Assembly: GCA_012516075.1 (NCBI GenBank)
Contig: JAAYXE010000093.1
Coordinates: forward strand, 879 to 64,878
From: Chloroflexota bacterium
GTDB lineage: Bacteria; Chloroflexota; Anaerolineae; Anaerolineales; UBA4823
Direction: 5' to 3'
DNA: 64,000 bases
Shown here: one piece after another, positions 26,410 to 36,000 of the stretch
Position numbering within the stretch: position 1 is the first letter of the stretch
Layout of the letters: each line of letters begins with the position of its first letter
Translations under genes and position numbers: made by a program
The notes under the pieces: generated by a model
Seen by the model: only the letters and a program-made list of their open reading frames with translations
The model's database searches: none
What the model was told of the DNA's origin: nothing

Positions 26410-28680
26410 ATGTTCTCGATCCGGGATTTTTTTCATTTGCCCCAAATAGATGCCTGGGTTGACCGGCTGGGCGCCGGCCAGCCCGGGTTGACCATCATTG
26501 CCGGCCTCGACGCGCGACCCGGCATCACCTTCCCGCCCCAGGGTCTGCTGCCCAGTGGCCGCTCGGCGATCTTCTCCATCCTGATCGAACAGGTGCTCAC
26601 CAGCAGCCCGAAAACCCGCTGTCATCTCCTCGCCCTCGATAAGCAGACGCTGCGAGTCCCCCGTCAGCTTCGCCGGCAGGTACAGTTTTTCAGCACAGAA
26701 GCACCCTTCAGCTACGCCGGCAGGGTGGAGGAAGCGCTCAAAGACCGCCCCACCATGCTGGTCATCGACTGCCTGGATGCAGACAGCCTGCAACCCGCCA
26801 TCCGGGCAGCCCAGGAAGGCCTTTTCGTACTGGCGCAGTTTGACACCGTGCTGTACGGCGCCGAGGTGATCGACCAGCTTTACCCCCTCGGCATGTCTGA
26901 AAGCCAGCGCGCAGTCATCAACTGCATCCTCAGCGTGCAGCGTCTGCAAACGCTGTGCGCGCAGTGCAAAACTGAAGCCCCTCTCAGCCCGGATCAGGCC
27001 GCCCGGCTGCGGTCGCATCCCCTGCTGGCCTCACCCGGTCCGCTGGTAACGGACCTGCTTTCCGGGCTGCTGAAAGACGATCTCCAGGTTTACCAGGAAG
27101 GGAGCTGCCCCTCCTGCCAGGGCACCGGACGCCGCGGCGAGGCGATGGTGTTCGACATCTTTCACCCCAATGCTGGCCCGGGGGATCACAACCTGCCCCT
27201 GGCTGCTTATGTGGGCCGCCTGGCTGAACTGGGCTACCTGTCGCTGGAAGACTTTCTGGACTTCGAAAACCGCCACCGGCGCCGGATGGCGTATACCCTG
27301 CTGTCGCTGGAAAGTGTCCTGGCCGCTAAATCAAATATATACGAGCGCAAACAGGCCGAACTGGAGGCTGCCAACCGTGTGCTGACGCAGCGCACCCGCT
27401 CTCTGATCTCACTGCGTGAACTGGGCCAGGCGATGGTCACCTCTGACGACCTGCAGGATCTGGCCAACCGGGTATGCCGTTTTGCCCTGGACCTGTGCGG
27501 AGCGGACCGGGTCATTGTCTATTATTCACAGTCCATCCACGATGCCGAGGCGCTCGCATCCGGCGGCTGGGGGACAGACCGGGTGCCCCGAAAAGTGGAC
27601 CCGTCCACCACAATGGCACCTGCCGCGCTGCAGCTTCTGGAAAAGGCGGTCGAGCCGGTGGCGTTCAACTTCTGGCCTCCCGGCATCCCGCCCCGCAATC
27701 CCGATGTGGAGGGAGCAGAGCTGCGAGCCGGTCTGCTGGTGCCGCTGATTGCCCAGGAGAAACGTGTGGGGTTCATCCTGGCTCACACCACACGCAAGCC
27801 GGCTTTCCTGCAGGCTGAAATCTCCATGCTGCACACACTGGCCCAACAGGCTGCCCTGGGGATCCAGCGCGCCCGCCTGATCGAAAACCTGCACAATAAA
27901 ATCGCCAGCCTGGAAGCAGCACAAAAGGAACTGGCGCAGAAAGAGCGCATGGAACGGGAGCTGGAGCTGGCGCGCCAGGTGCAGCAGAGTATGCTGCCGC
28001 GTGCCTTTCCGCAGGCTGCCCGCTGCCGCTTCGCGGCGCGTTCTCTACCGGCGCGCTGGGTAGGCGGCGATTTCTACGACGTGATCCCGCTGCAGGCAGG
28101 GAACATCGGCATTGCCATCGCCGACGTCTCCGATAAAGGTCTACCGGCGGCTCTGCTGATGGCGCTCACGCGCAGCCTGCTGCGGGCTGAAGCGCCTCGC
28201 CAATCATCGCCTCAGGCTGTGGTAGAGCGCATCAATCAGCTTTTGATCGAACTGGTCGGTGATTTGAGCATGTTCGTCACCCTGTTCTATGCTGTGGTCG
28301 AGCCGGGAAGCCGCCGTCTGACCTACTGCCGGGCGGGCCATGACTACCCCATGCTGCTGCGGGGCGGCAGCGCCCGGCTGTTAGCCGGAACAGGCACCCC
28401 TCTCGGTATCTGGGGAAAGGAAGAGGAATTTAAACTGTCAGAGGAGACTCTGTTCCTGGAGTCCGGGGACCGGCTGGCGCTGTACTCGGATGGCCTGACC
28501 GATGTTCTCTCAGAACAGGGCGAGATGTTCGACCGCGAGCGCCTGACCTCCCTGCTGGTCGAGGCTTCCAGCCTGCCGCTCAGCGAGATGTGCACCTCGG
28601 TTTTCTCCAGCCTGCTGGCTTTTCAGGGAGACGCCGAACAGCACGACGACATGACCCTGCTGCTCATCGAGATGATCTAG
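26410..28680 (+). CDS. Degenerate GspE/PilB-like ATPase domain, GAF, coiled coil and PP2C (SpoIIE-type) phosphatase
   Basis: The N-terminal ~270 aa align by eye with the GspE C-terminal ATPase domain, including the Cys4 cluster (CAQCK ... CPSCQGTGRRGE). The Walker A is replaced by GLDARPGIT, the Walker B region by VIDCLD and the His box by QEGL. The middle region is GAF-like. The C-terminus carries GGDFYDV, ADVSDKGLPAALLM and HDDMTLL. ATG at 26410 is preferred. Confidence 0.7.
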   Translation: MFSIRDFFHLPQIDAWVDRLGAGQPGLTIIAGLDARPGITFPPQGLLPSGRSAIFSILIEQVLTSSPKTRCHLLALDKQTLRVPRQLRRQVQFFSTEAPFSYAGRVEEALKDRPTMLVIDCLDADSLQPAIRAAQEGLFVLAQFDTVLYGAEVIDQLYPLGMSESQRAVINCILSVQRLQTLCAQCKTEAPLSPDQAARLRSHPLLASPGPLVTDLLSGLLKDDLQVYQEGSCPSCQGTGRRGEAMVFDIFHPNAGPGDHNLPLAAYVGRLAELGYLSLEDFLDFENRHRRRMAYTLLSLESVLAAKSNIYERKQAELEAANRVLTQRTRSLISLRELGQAMVTSDDLQDLANRVCRFALDLCGADRVIVYYSQSIHDAEALASGGWGTDRVPRKVDPSTTMAPAALQLLEKAVEPVAFNFWPPGIPPRNPDVEGAELRAGLLVPLIAQEKRVGFILAHTTRKPAFLQAEISMLHTLAQQAALGIQRARLIENLHNKIASLEAAQKELAQKERMERELELARQVQQSMLPRAFPQAARCRFAARSLPARWVGGDFYDVIPLQAGNIGIAIADVSDKGLPAALLMALTRSLLRAEAPRQSSPQAVVERINQLLIELVGDLSMFVTLFYAVVEPGSRRLTYCRAGHDYPMLLRGGSARLLAGTGTPLGIWGKEEEFKLSEETLFLESGDRLALYSDGLTDVLSEQGEMFDRERLTSLLVEASSLPLSEMCTSVFSSLLAFQGDAEQHDDMTLLLIEMI

Positions 28681-28859
28681 ATGAAACCTGCGCGCGCGAA
28701 GCGCCCTCGCACTGCTCACAGCCTGGATGGCGGAGCGTGTGTTCCTTCAGCACGACCTGATAAGGGCTGCCGGTGTACTTGCTGAAGCCGGGATAGATCT
28801 GTTCGACAGCCGGCGGCCGGCGAGCAGCCTTCGACCGAAGCCAGACAGGCGTGCGTGCT

Positions 28860-29876
28860 TCAGCGCACCAGCACCGGCAGCCAGAGGAAATCGCTGTATG
28901 ATACCGGTCTGCGCACCTGACCCGAATCTTCATCCACCATCAAACTGGAGACATCCACCGCTTCAAAAGCCGAACCAGGTACGCTTTTCAGTTCACGAAG
29001 CATATCGTTATCCCAGCGCTCATCCGGCGCACCGCTGATGTACCAGTTGCTGCCGTTATCCGCCAGGATCAGCCCGTAGGTCTGCATGGCGCGCAGGATC
29101 ACCTGCACCGGGGGCGAGAAACCGGAGATATCGAACGAACGCTTCAGGCGGAAGCGCTGCCCCATCATGGGTACATCCGGGTCCATAATGCTGCTTGCTT
29201 CATGACGCGCCGGCCAGACGTAACCCAACCCGCTGGTTCTGCGTGCCGTAAACCGCAGGGCATGGGTGATCTCACCGCCTGCCACCTCCTCGTAGCGCAC
29301 CAGGCCGGGAAGGATGGGCAGCCCGGCCGCGTCCGCCGAGGTCCAGCCGGCCGGCCGCAGCCGGTTTGACCTCAGGTCAAAGATCGCCCCTGAGCCGGCC
29401 CGCCACCGCCCCCCTCCCATTGGACGGGCATCGAAGAGTTCGTACAGCACGCAGGTATCGCGATTGACGATCAGAATGTGCCGGTCGCCGCTGGAATCTG
29501 GCCCGCCTTCGATTAACGGGTTCTCCGGGATGGGGTACAGGCCCGCATCGCTTTCATCATCGTGTTCAAATTCGACAGGGACGCCCGGCTGGCTTGAATC
29601 GACCACGTTATAGGGGATCCCGATCGGACTACCCTCCCACGTCCCTGAGCCGAAATCCGGATGCAGCCGTCCATCCCGGCCGATGGAAGCCACATAGGCA
29701 TCGGACCGCGGGTGCACCGAGAGGTGGTCTACCCTTGCATTCCAGATATTGTCCGCCGGAAAGAGCGGGCAGCCGGCGATACCGGCTGCCGCGGGTTCTG
29801 CTCTGCCGTCCGTCCACAATCCACCCGATACCATACAGACGAACAGGAGCAGACAGATGACCGCACCTTTTTTCAT
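28860..29876 (-). CDS. Secreted hypothetical protein
   Basis: N-terminal signal peptide (MKKGAVICLLLFVCMVSGG) and a conserved-looking CPLFPADNIWNARVD block. I recognise no catalytic motif. Confidence 0.55.
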   Translation of the reverse strand: MKKGAVICLLLFVCMVSGGLWTDGRAEPAAAGIAGCPLFPADNIWNARVDHLSVHPRSDAYVASIGRDGRLHPDFGSGTWEGSPIGIPYNVVDSSQPGVPVEFEHDDESDAGLYPIPENPLIEGGPDSSGDRHILIVNRDTCVLYELFDARPMGGGRWRAGSGAIFDLRSNRLRPAGWTSADAAGLPILPGLVRYEEVAGGEITHALRFTARRTSGLGYVWPARHEASSIMDPDVPMMGQRFRLKRSFDISGFSPPVQVILRAMQTYGLILADNGSNWYISGAPDERWDNDMLRELKSVPGSAFEAVDVSSLMVDEDSGQVRRPVSYSDFLWLPVLVR

Positions 29877-30134
29877 GAGATACCTCGAGTTTTTAATAAA
29901 ATCGAAATTGTGACCACGAAAAACCTGCTATACTATATCAAATTCTCACCATTCTCATAGCATAAAAACCACCTTCGTACATCCTCCCCCTGTACGGGAA
30001 GGCGCTTGTCGAGGATCGACAGCGAAATATCCACCCCTTTTTTCGCAGTACAGCCTGCGCTGGGTTGCATTGAGTGCTCTGGCGCTCTCAGCCGGGTTGA
30101 TATTAAAAACCGCTTCACGCGGCCCTGGAGGCAG

Positions 30135-31253
30135 ATGAACGTGACACAACCGACGCAAACAGATCAATGGTTGAATATTGAGCTCGAAACCAAACCCGAT
30201 TTTGAGATGGCAATGAAGCGCATTTATGCCTGGTTTGAGCAGGAGATTATTGACCGTCCCCCGGTGCGCTTTACACGCCACAATGCGGAATATGAAGAAG
30301 CCTCACATGATTGGAAACCGGAGTGGAAAGAGCTCAAAGACCGCTGGTTCGATGTCGAATACAATCTCGAGCGCTTCCTGAAGGAGCTGGAAAGCAAACG
30401 CTTCCTGGGCGAGACCTTCCCGGTCTTCTGGCCCAACCTGGGCCCTAACTTCTTCTCCGCCTGCTACGGTGTCCCCCAGGTGTTTGGCGAGGTAACCTCC
30501 TGGGCCGAGCCCGATCTGGAAGCTTATGGTGAACCGCGCCGCTTCGATTTCGAGCACGAGTTCATGCGCAAGATGGTGGAGTTCACCCAGGCAGCGCTGG
30601 AAATCTGTGATGGTAAATTTATCGTGGGCTACACCGACCTGCACGGCGGGCTGGACTGGCTCATGGCCCAGCGCGGTTCTGAGCGCCTGTGCATGGATCT
30701 GTACGAATATCCCGATGACGTCAAGCGCTACCTGGACGTCGTAATTGAGGATTTCTTAAAGGTCTACGACTATTTTCACGATATGCTCCGGTCACACGGG
30801 CAGCCCTCTGTGACCTGGATGAACATCCCATCCTTTGGGAAACTGCATATCCCCAGCGCCGACTTCGCCACAATGATTTCGAAGCGCCATTTCGATGAGT
30901 TCGTCTACCCGACGCTGGAGAAAGAATGCCTGCACATGACCCACAACATCTTCCACGTGGACGGGAAGGGAGTGGCGCGTCACCTGGACCGCATCCTGGA
31001 GCTGCCCAACCTGCAGGCCATCCAGTGGGTGCAGGGTGTCGGAGACGACTGGCCCATTATGCAGTGGGTGCCGCTGATCCAGCGCATCCAGGCCGCTGGC
31101 AAGTCAGTTGTTGTGGATATGGACCTGAAAGACCTGGACGCATTTATGGAAGCAGTGAAACCCGAGGGCATCCTGCTCTGCCTGCCGTCTGAAAACGAGG
31201 AAGAGGAACTGGAAGTCTTAAAGCGCCTGGAGAAGTGGACCGGGAAGAACTGA
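30135..31253 (+). CDS. Hypothetical protein, possibly uroporphyrinogen-decarboxylase (URO-D)-like fold
   Basis: ATG at 30135 with a GGAG RBS. The N-terminal AMKRIYAWFEQEIIDRPPVRF resembles the URO-D/MtaA-family N-terminus. This assignment is weak and unverified. Confidence 0.35.
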   Translation: MNVTQPTQTDQWLNIELETKPDFEMAMKRIYAWFEQEIIDRPPVRFTRHNAEYEEASHDWKPEWKELKDRWFDVEYNLERFLKELESKRFLGETFPVFWPNLGPNFFSACYGVPQVFGEVTSWAEPDLEAYGEPRRFDFEHEFMRKMVEFTQAALEICDGKFIVGYTDLHGGLDWLMAQRGSERLCMDLYEYPDDVKRYLDVVIEDFLKVYDYFHDMLRSHGQPSVTWMNIPSFGKLHIPSADFATMISKRHFDEFVYPTLEKECLHMTHNIFHVDGKGVARHLDRILELPNLQAIQWVQGVGDDWPIMQWVPLIQRIQAAGKSVVVDMDLKDLDAFMEAVKPEGILLCLPSENEEEELEVLKRLEKWTGKN

Positions 31254-31267
31254 GCGGCTGAATCCGC

Positions 31268-32605
31268 TCAGGACGATTTCACGTTCCGGGACCGTTTTTC
31301 CTGGTACATACGCTCATCGGCCTCGCTCAATACGTCCACCAGACGGCATCCGGCTTCACCGGTTGCCGCGCCGATTGAAGCGCTCAACTCCCAATTTGAA
31401 CTGGTATTGCCCCCATTCGCCGCCTGAGGTCCGCTTCGGGCGGCGTTCCATTTATTAATTGCCTCGCGCAGACGGGCAACGGCTTTCTCAACCACTGCCT
31501 GGCTGGCTCCTTCCAGCAGGATCACAAATTCGTCCCCGCCGATACGGGCTGCAGTATCACTCTTGCGGAACGCGCTGCGGATCACGGAAGCCATAGCCTG
31601 AAGCAGTTCGTCGCCAGCCGCGTGCCCGCTGCTGTCGTTGACCTGCTTCAGGTGGTCGATATCCAGCGATATAACGCTGATCGGCCATCTCCCTCCAGCC
31701 TGCAGTTTTTTCAGCCTGTCTTCAAAATATGCCCGGTTGTACAGCCCGGTGAGTGAATCCTGGTAACTCAGCTGCTCCAGTCTTGCACTCATTGATTTCA
31801 TCATCTCAAGGGCACGGATGTTGTTTACAGCAGCCGCCGCGCTGTCCGCCAGATACATTAACAGTTCTACGTCATGTTCGTTAAAAGGTCTGCGGCCGAC
31901 CTTATTGGCGGTGGTGATCGTGCCGATCACCTCGTCCTGAGCTGTCAGCGGGACCACGATCAACGCCCCAACCCCGCGCTCGATGCGGCGCTGGCGAGTG
32001 GCCGGAGGTTCGATACCGTCATCTGCATGCAGGGAGAGCACCGGCTGTCCGGTGCGAAAGACGATCCCACTGATGCCGGCTTCCAGCTCCTCGTAGCTCA
32101 GCCTTTCATCTTCCTCCCCATCATCCGCCCATTCGATGACCTGCCGCTTCTTATGATCGACAATATAGAGGGATGTCCGGTCCGCCTGGACAAGCTGGTG
32201 ACAGGCACTGTCCAGCCGCTGGCAGATAGTGGGCAGGTCTTCGGCCCCAAGGATGGATTGGGCAGCCTGCAGCAGTGCGCGTGTTTCCTGCAGCTGTTCG
32301 AACTGCTGGTCAAACAATCTGCTGGCTTCCAGAATCAGTGCGAACAGATGCGCACATTCGTGAGCCCTGTCTACCGCAAACTTTGAAAACGGCTGATCCC
32401 AATGACGTAGAAACCGGATTTGCCCCAACTGACGGCCTTCATAAACCAGGGGCAGTTCCAGTCCCGGCTGTTCGTTATCCAGGGTACCAGAGGTAAATGT
32501 GACCTCAGAGCACTGGATCAGGATCTGAAACTGATCCAGCAGGCGCTGGAAGATTTCTTCTTTTAGTGTGCCCCAGTGCGCGCCTTCGTTATCTGCAGTC
32601 TTCAT
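31268..32605 (-). CDS. GAF-domain diguanylate cyclase (GGDEF)
   Basis: C-terminal DSLTGLYNRAYF, ISLDIDHLKQVNDSSGHAAGD and RIGGDEFVILL, with two GAF-like N-terminal regions. Confidence 0.85.
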   Translation of the reverse strand: MKTADNEGAHWGTLKEEIFQRLLDQFQILIQCSEVTFTSGTLDNEQPGLELPLVYEGRQLGQIRFLRHWDQPFSKFAVDRAHECAHLFALILEASRLFDQQFEQLQETRALLQAAQSILGAEDLPTICQRLDSACHQLVQADRTSLYIVDHKKRQVIEWADDGEEDERLSYEELEAGISGIVFRTGQPVLSLHADDGIEPPATRQRRIERGVGALIVVPLTAQDEVIGTITTANKVGRRPFNEHDVELLMYLADSAAAAVNNIRALEMMKSMSARLEQLSYQDSLTGLYNRAYFEDRLKKLQAGGRWPISVISLDIDHLKQVNDSSGHAAGDELLQAMASVIRSAFRKSDTAARIGGDEFVILLEGASQAVVEKAVARLREAINKWNAARSGPQAANGGNTSSNWELSASIGAATGEAGCRLVDVLSEADERMYQEKRSRNVKSS

Positions 32606-32957
32606 AATCCGGTTCCGGTGGTGTATCAGGGTTTCCGTCCAATCGTCTAACCTGTAATCAGAACACGAATGTAGCTTGCAGGTTGATTAATGTATACATT
32701 GTATATCATGAGGCTCTGGCGGCCGGAATAAAATGTTAATTAATAATTGCATACGATTATGATTTACCAGCCGGTGGTTATAAAATCAACGGAATGTGAT
32801 CCGTAAACTGAAACGGGGGAGACCCCTGAAAGACCCATCCAACCGGATCTCTTGCCGGACCACCTTTCTCAGCAATATCCGTGGAATGCAATTATCTGGT
32901 CGTCAAAAAATCCTGCTCGTCGAGTGCCATGTTGTGGTCGCTGCTGCTCATTAAGCG

Positions 32958-32997
32958 AGCAATGGGATGGCCCGGCATACCGGGTCATCCCATTGCT
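32958..32997 (-). terminator. Strong hairpin downstream of the giant ORF (terminator-like, no clear U-tract)
   Basis: AGCAATGGGATG(G)CCCGG cata CCGGG(T)CATCCCATTGCT, about 60 nt after the stop at 33055. Confidence 0.5.
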
Positions 32998-33054
32998 TTC
33001 CGTTCCGAGAGGCGTGTGCCCTGACCTCTCCAGCGGAGCCCCAAAAGCTGTGTG

Positions 33055-36000
33055 CTAACCGGCAGTTCTGTGCTTCGCCGGCTTCAAGATAGACCTCATA
33101 ACCGCCCGGTGGTGTTTCCCCGAGTTTGCCGCCGGCGCTCGCAGCAGCTGCGTCTCCGGGATCGAGGACGAGATCTCCAGCTTGTGGTAGGCCGGCCGGA
33201 TGAAGAAGATGTCTTCGCCAATGCTGGCGAGGATCTCCTCCAGCACGCCGGCATTCACCAGGCTGGGCCCGAAGAGACCCAGCGGGCCGTAGATGTGACA
33301 CGGAGCCGATGAATAGAGCAGCTGTCCGTTGACGTAGAGCTCGTAAGCGGGGAAGCCGTCATGCCGGCTGTCGGAATCGATGTAGCAGCGCACCATTCCG
33401 GAAAGCCCCATGTTCTCCAGCCGTACCTTCAGGTCGGCATCGATGCCGGGAGCGAAGTTCTCGAAGGTCCAGTGTTCCGCCGGGAGCGTGGCGTTGATGC
33501 GGAACCTAACGGTGAGCGTCGATGCGGTGGACCCTTCGAACTTCACCTCGATGTTCGGTGGAACCGCGGGAAGGGTGTTCTCGGTAAAAGGAACGCTTCC
33601 TGGCAGCAGGGTATACGCCCAGGGCTGGAACCCGGACGAACAGGCGGGTACAGGGCTCTGGTTCGCATCCAGGTCTTCGCTGTTGTACTCACGCGTCGGG
33701 CCAAATTCTGCGAGGGAAAGCAGTCCACCCGGGAAGGGGATGATGGCATCCTCGGGATGCGGGCCGCGCGCGGGGTCCATGGCCACTTTTACGATCGCCT
33801 GAGCCCGGTGGCTGCCGCTGTTATACGAAAAGCCCCGGTTATCTCCGCCGATCGAATACTTCGCCATATCGTCAATAAACGGGAGCATCGCAGGATTGAC
33901 GACACTGAAAACACCCTTCAATGCGTCAACCACCGGCGGTGGAATGGCGACGACCTCAGAAGGGATAAAGAGACGCAGTTTGATCTCCAGATTCGGAAAG
34001 ATCGAGGACTGTCCCGGCAGGATGTCATCGAGGTCTACGGGGGATGAGCCATTTCCGTTCGAGACCGGGGCGCCCATCGCGCCCGTCCCGGCCTGATCGG
34101 TCACCGGGATGGTGCCGCCGTTCGTATTCTCCTTGACCTCATCCAGGTATTCCACCGTGGCGCCCTGTTCGGTGAGCGTGTTGGGCGGGTCGGCGATGTT
34201 GCTGCTCATCGCTGCCCCGACCATCGATGCGACCTGCTGTCCGAGCGATACGGCTGCATTCAGCGCGTTTGCAGCCGCATCGCCGGCCAGGTTGCCGGAC
34301 AGCTGGGCAGTATTGTTGGCCAGTGCGGCCAGACTACCCAGGATGGCTGTAAGCTGAGATGTCTTGGACATGTCGGTAAACATGCTCCCATTCTGGATCG
34401 CTTCAAGGGCCGAATTCAATGAAGTCGGCATGGGGTACTGCGTCGGTGCAATCTGGTTCAACACGCTGACCGGCACCGTCGGCGTCAGGCCTTCAGGCAG
34501 GGGCTGGGCGTAGTCCTGGTTGACATTGACCGGCAGAATTTGCGGGGCAAGATTGGGGATCGGTGAGTCCTGCCAGTTGAAGAAGCGGCGTACGTTGATG
34601 TACTCGGAGGCATTCGACAGCCCGAGGATGGCTTCGGCAAATACGCCGGAAGACGGCAGAAATACCGTTCTCCAGTGATGGCGCTTGCGGATCTCGGTCT
34701 CGTAATCGCGCAGACCCTCGACGTAATCGTTAATCAAACCGCTGATATCATCTTCGCGCGGTCTGGGAAAGTCGAAAGTCCAGTCAATTGTGCCTTCCGC
34801 GCCATCGAGCACCGCACCGTGCGCGGTGTAGTTAATCTGGAGCGTGTTGTTATCTCCCATCACAGCGGTTCCGGTGATCGCCACTGGATTGGTGAACTGC
34901 CGGCCGTTGATCACCTTGATCAGATCGATGGTCCCCTCCACTGCGCGCGCCTTCTTGCCGCCGGCCTGCTCGTCAATGTACAGCGTGATGTTGGCCGTGG
35001 AATAGTTGTTCCCCTTTCCATGCAGAACCGGCTGTCCCCACAGGGTGTACTTACCAGCATTCCTTCCTTTCCGGACAACCTTCTGCTTGATCCCGTTACC
35101 GGTCAGGGCGTTATCAAAATCAAACAGCGGCGCCCGGACTGCACTGAAGAAGTTCTGACCGAGCCTGCGCTGCAGGTCTTCCGGGTCCTCCTTCAGCTTG
35201 AAGATCAACAGATTCTCGGTCAATCCCAGCGGGTTGGGATCAATCAGGGCGCTCAGCGCCAGGGTTTCCGTCGTTCCGAAAATTCCCAGGTGCTCGATGA
35301 TGTCGATTATCTGCTCCTTTTCCACATTCGCCAGCAGGTACTTGGTGTATCCGTACTTGTAGAAGTTGAAATGCGACTCGATTTCTTCGATGACATCGGC
35401 CGGGTTGATGTCGGAGATCGTTGCCAGCTGGGTGTTGATGTGAGCCGTGACGTCGCTGATCTCTTCATCGACCTCGTTCTTCAACTGCCCGTATGTGTAC
35501 GACCGGTTGATGGTCTGCAGCACCACCTGGGTGTTGGCGTTCCGGTCTTCGAGGGTGTACTCGATATCGATCCTCAGGTCGACGGATGCGCTGGTGTTCA
35601 GGATCGAGAACAGGTTGTTGTCGACATCTTCTTTGAGTGCCTCCCGGTTGCTGCCCAGGCCCAGTTCATTGTCGTCGCGGTTGGTATCCGTCACCTTGGG
35701 GGTCTTATTCTCGTCAGACAGGTAGGCCTTCATCGTCTGTTTGAGTTCCGATGTAAAGTCGGACTTCAGGCTGGCCCGGATGCCCTCATCGATCTCGAAC
35801 GAATCGACACCGCCGAACTCGGCCTTATCCAGCACTGCCGTGTCCAGGATATCGTAGCTGATATACGTGCTGCTGCCGGACATCTTGAAGTTCAGGCTGT
35901 CATCCAGATCGAAGCCGGTGATCGCCAGGGTCACTTCAGGATTTGAATCAGTCAGCTTCACGCGGACATTTTCGGAGTACGAGCGCGTGCGGGTGATCTT

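Noticed and set aside
34675-35946. 423-aa plus-strand ORF (and smaller ones) inside the giant gene
   Set aside because: It is antisense to the uninterrupted 1475-aa ORF and has no start context or motifs. The composition is dominated by D/V/R/Q/G, as expected for the reverse of a coding frame.
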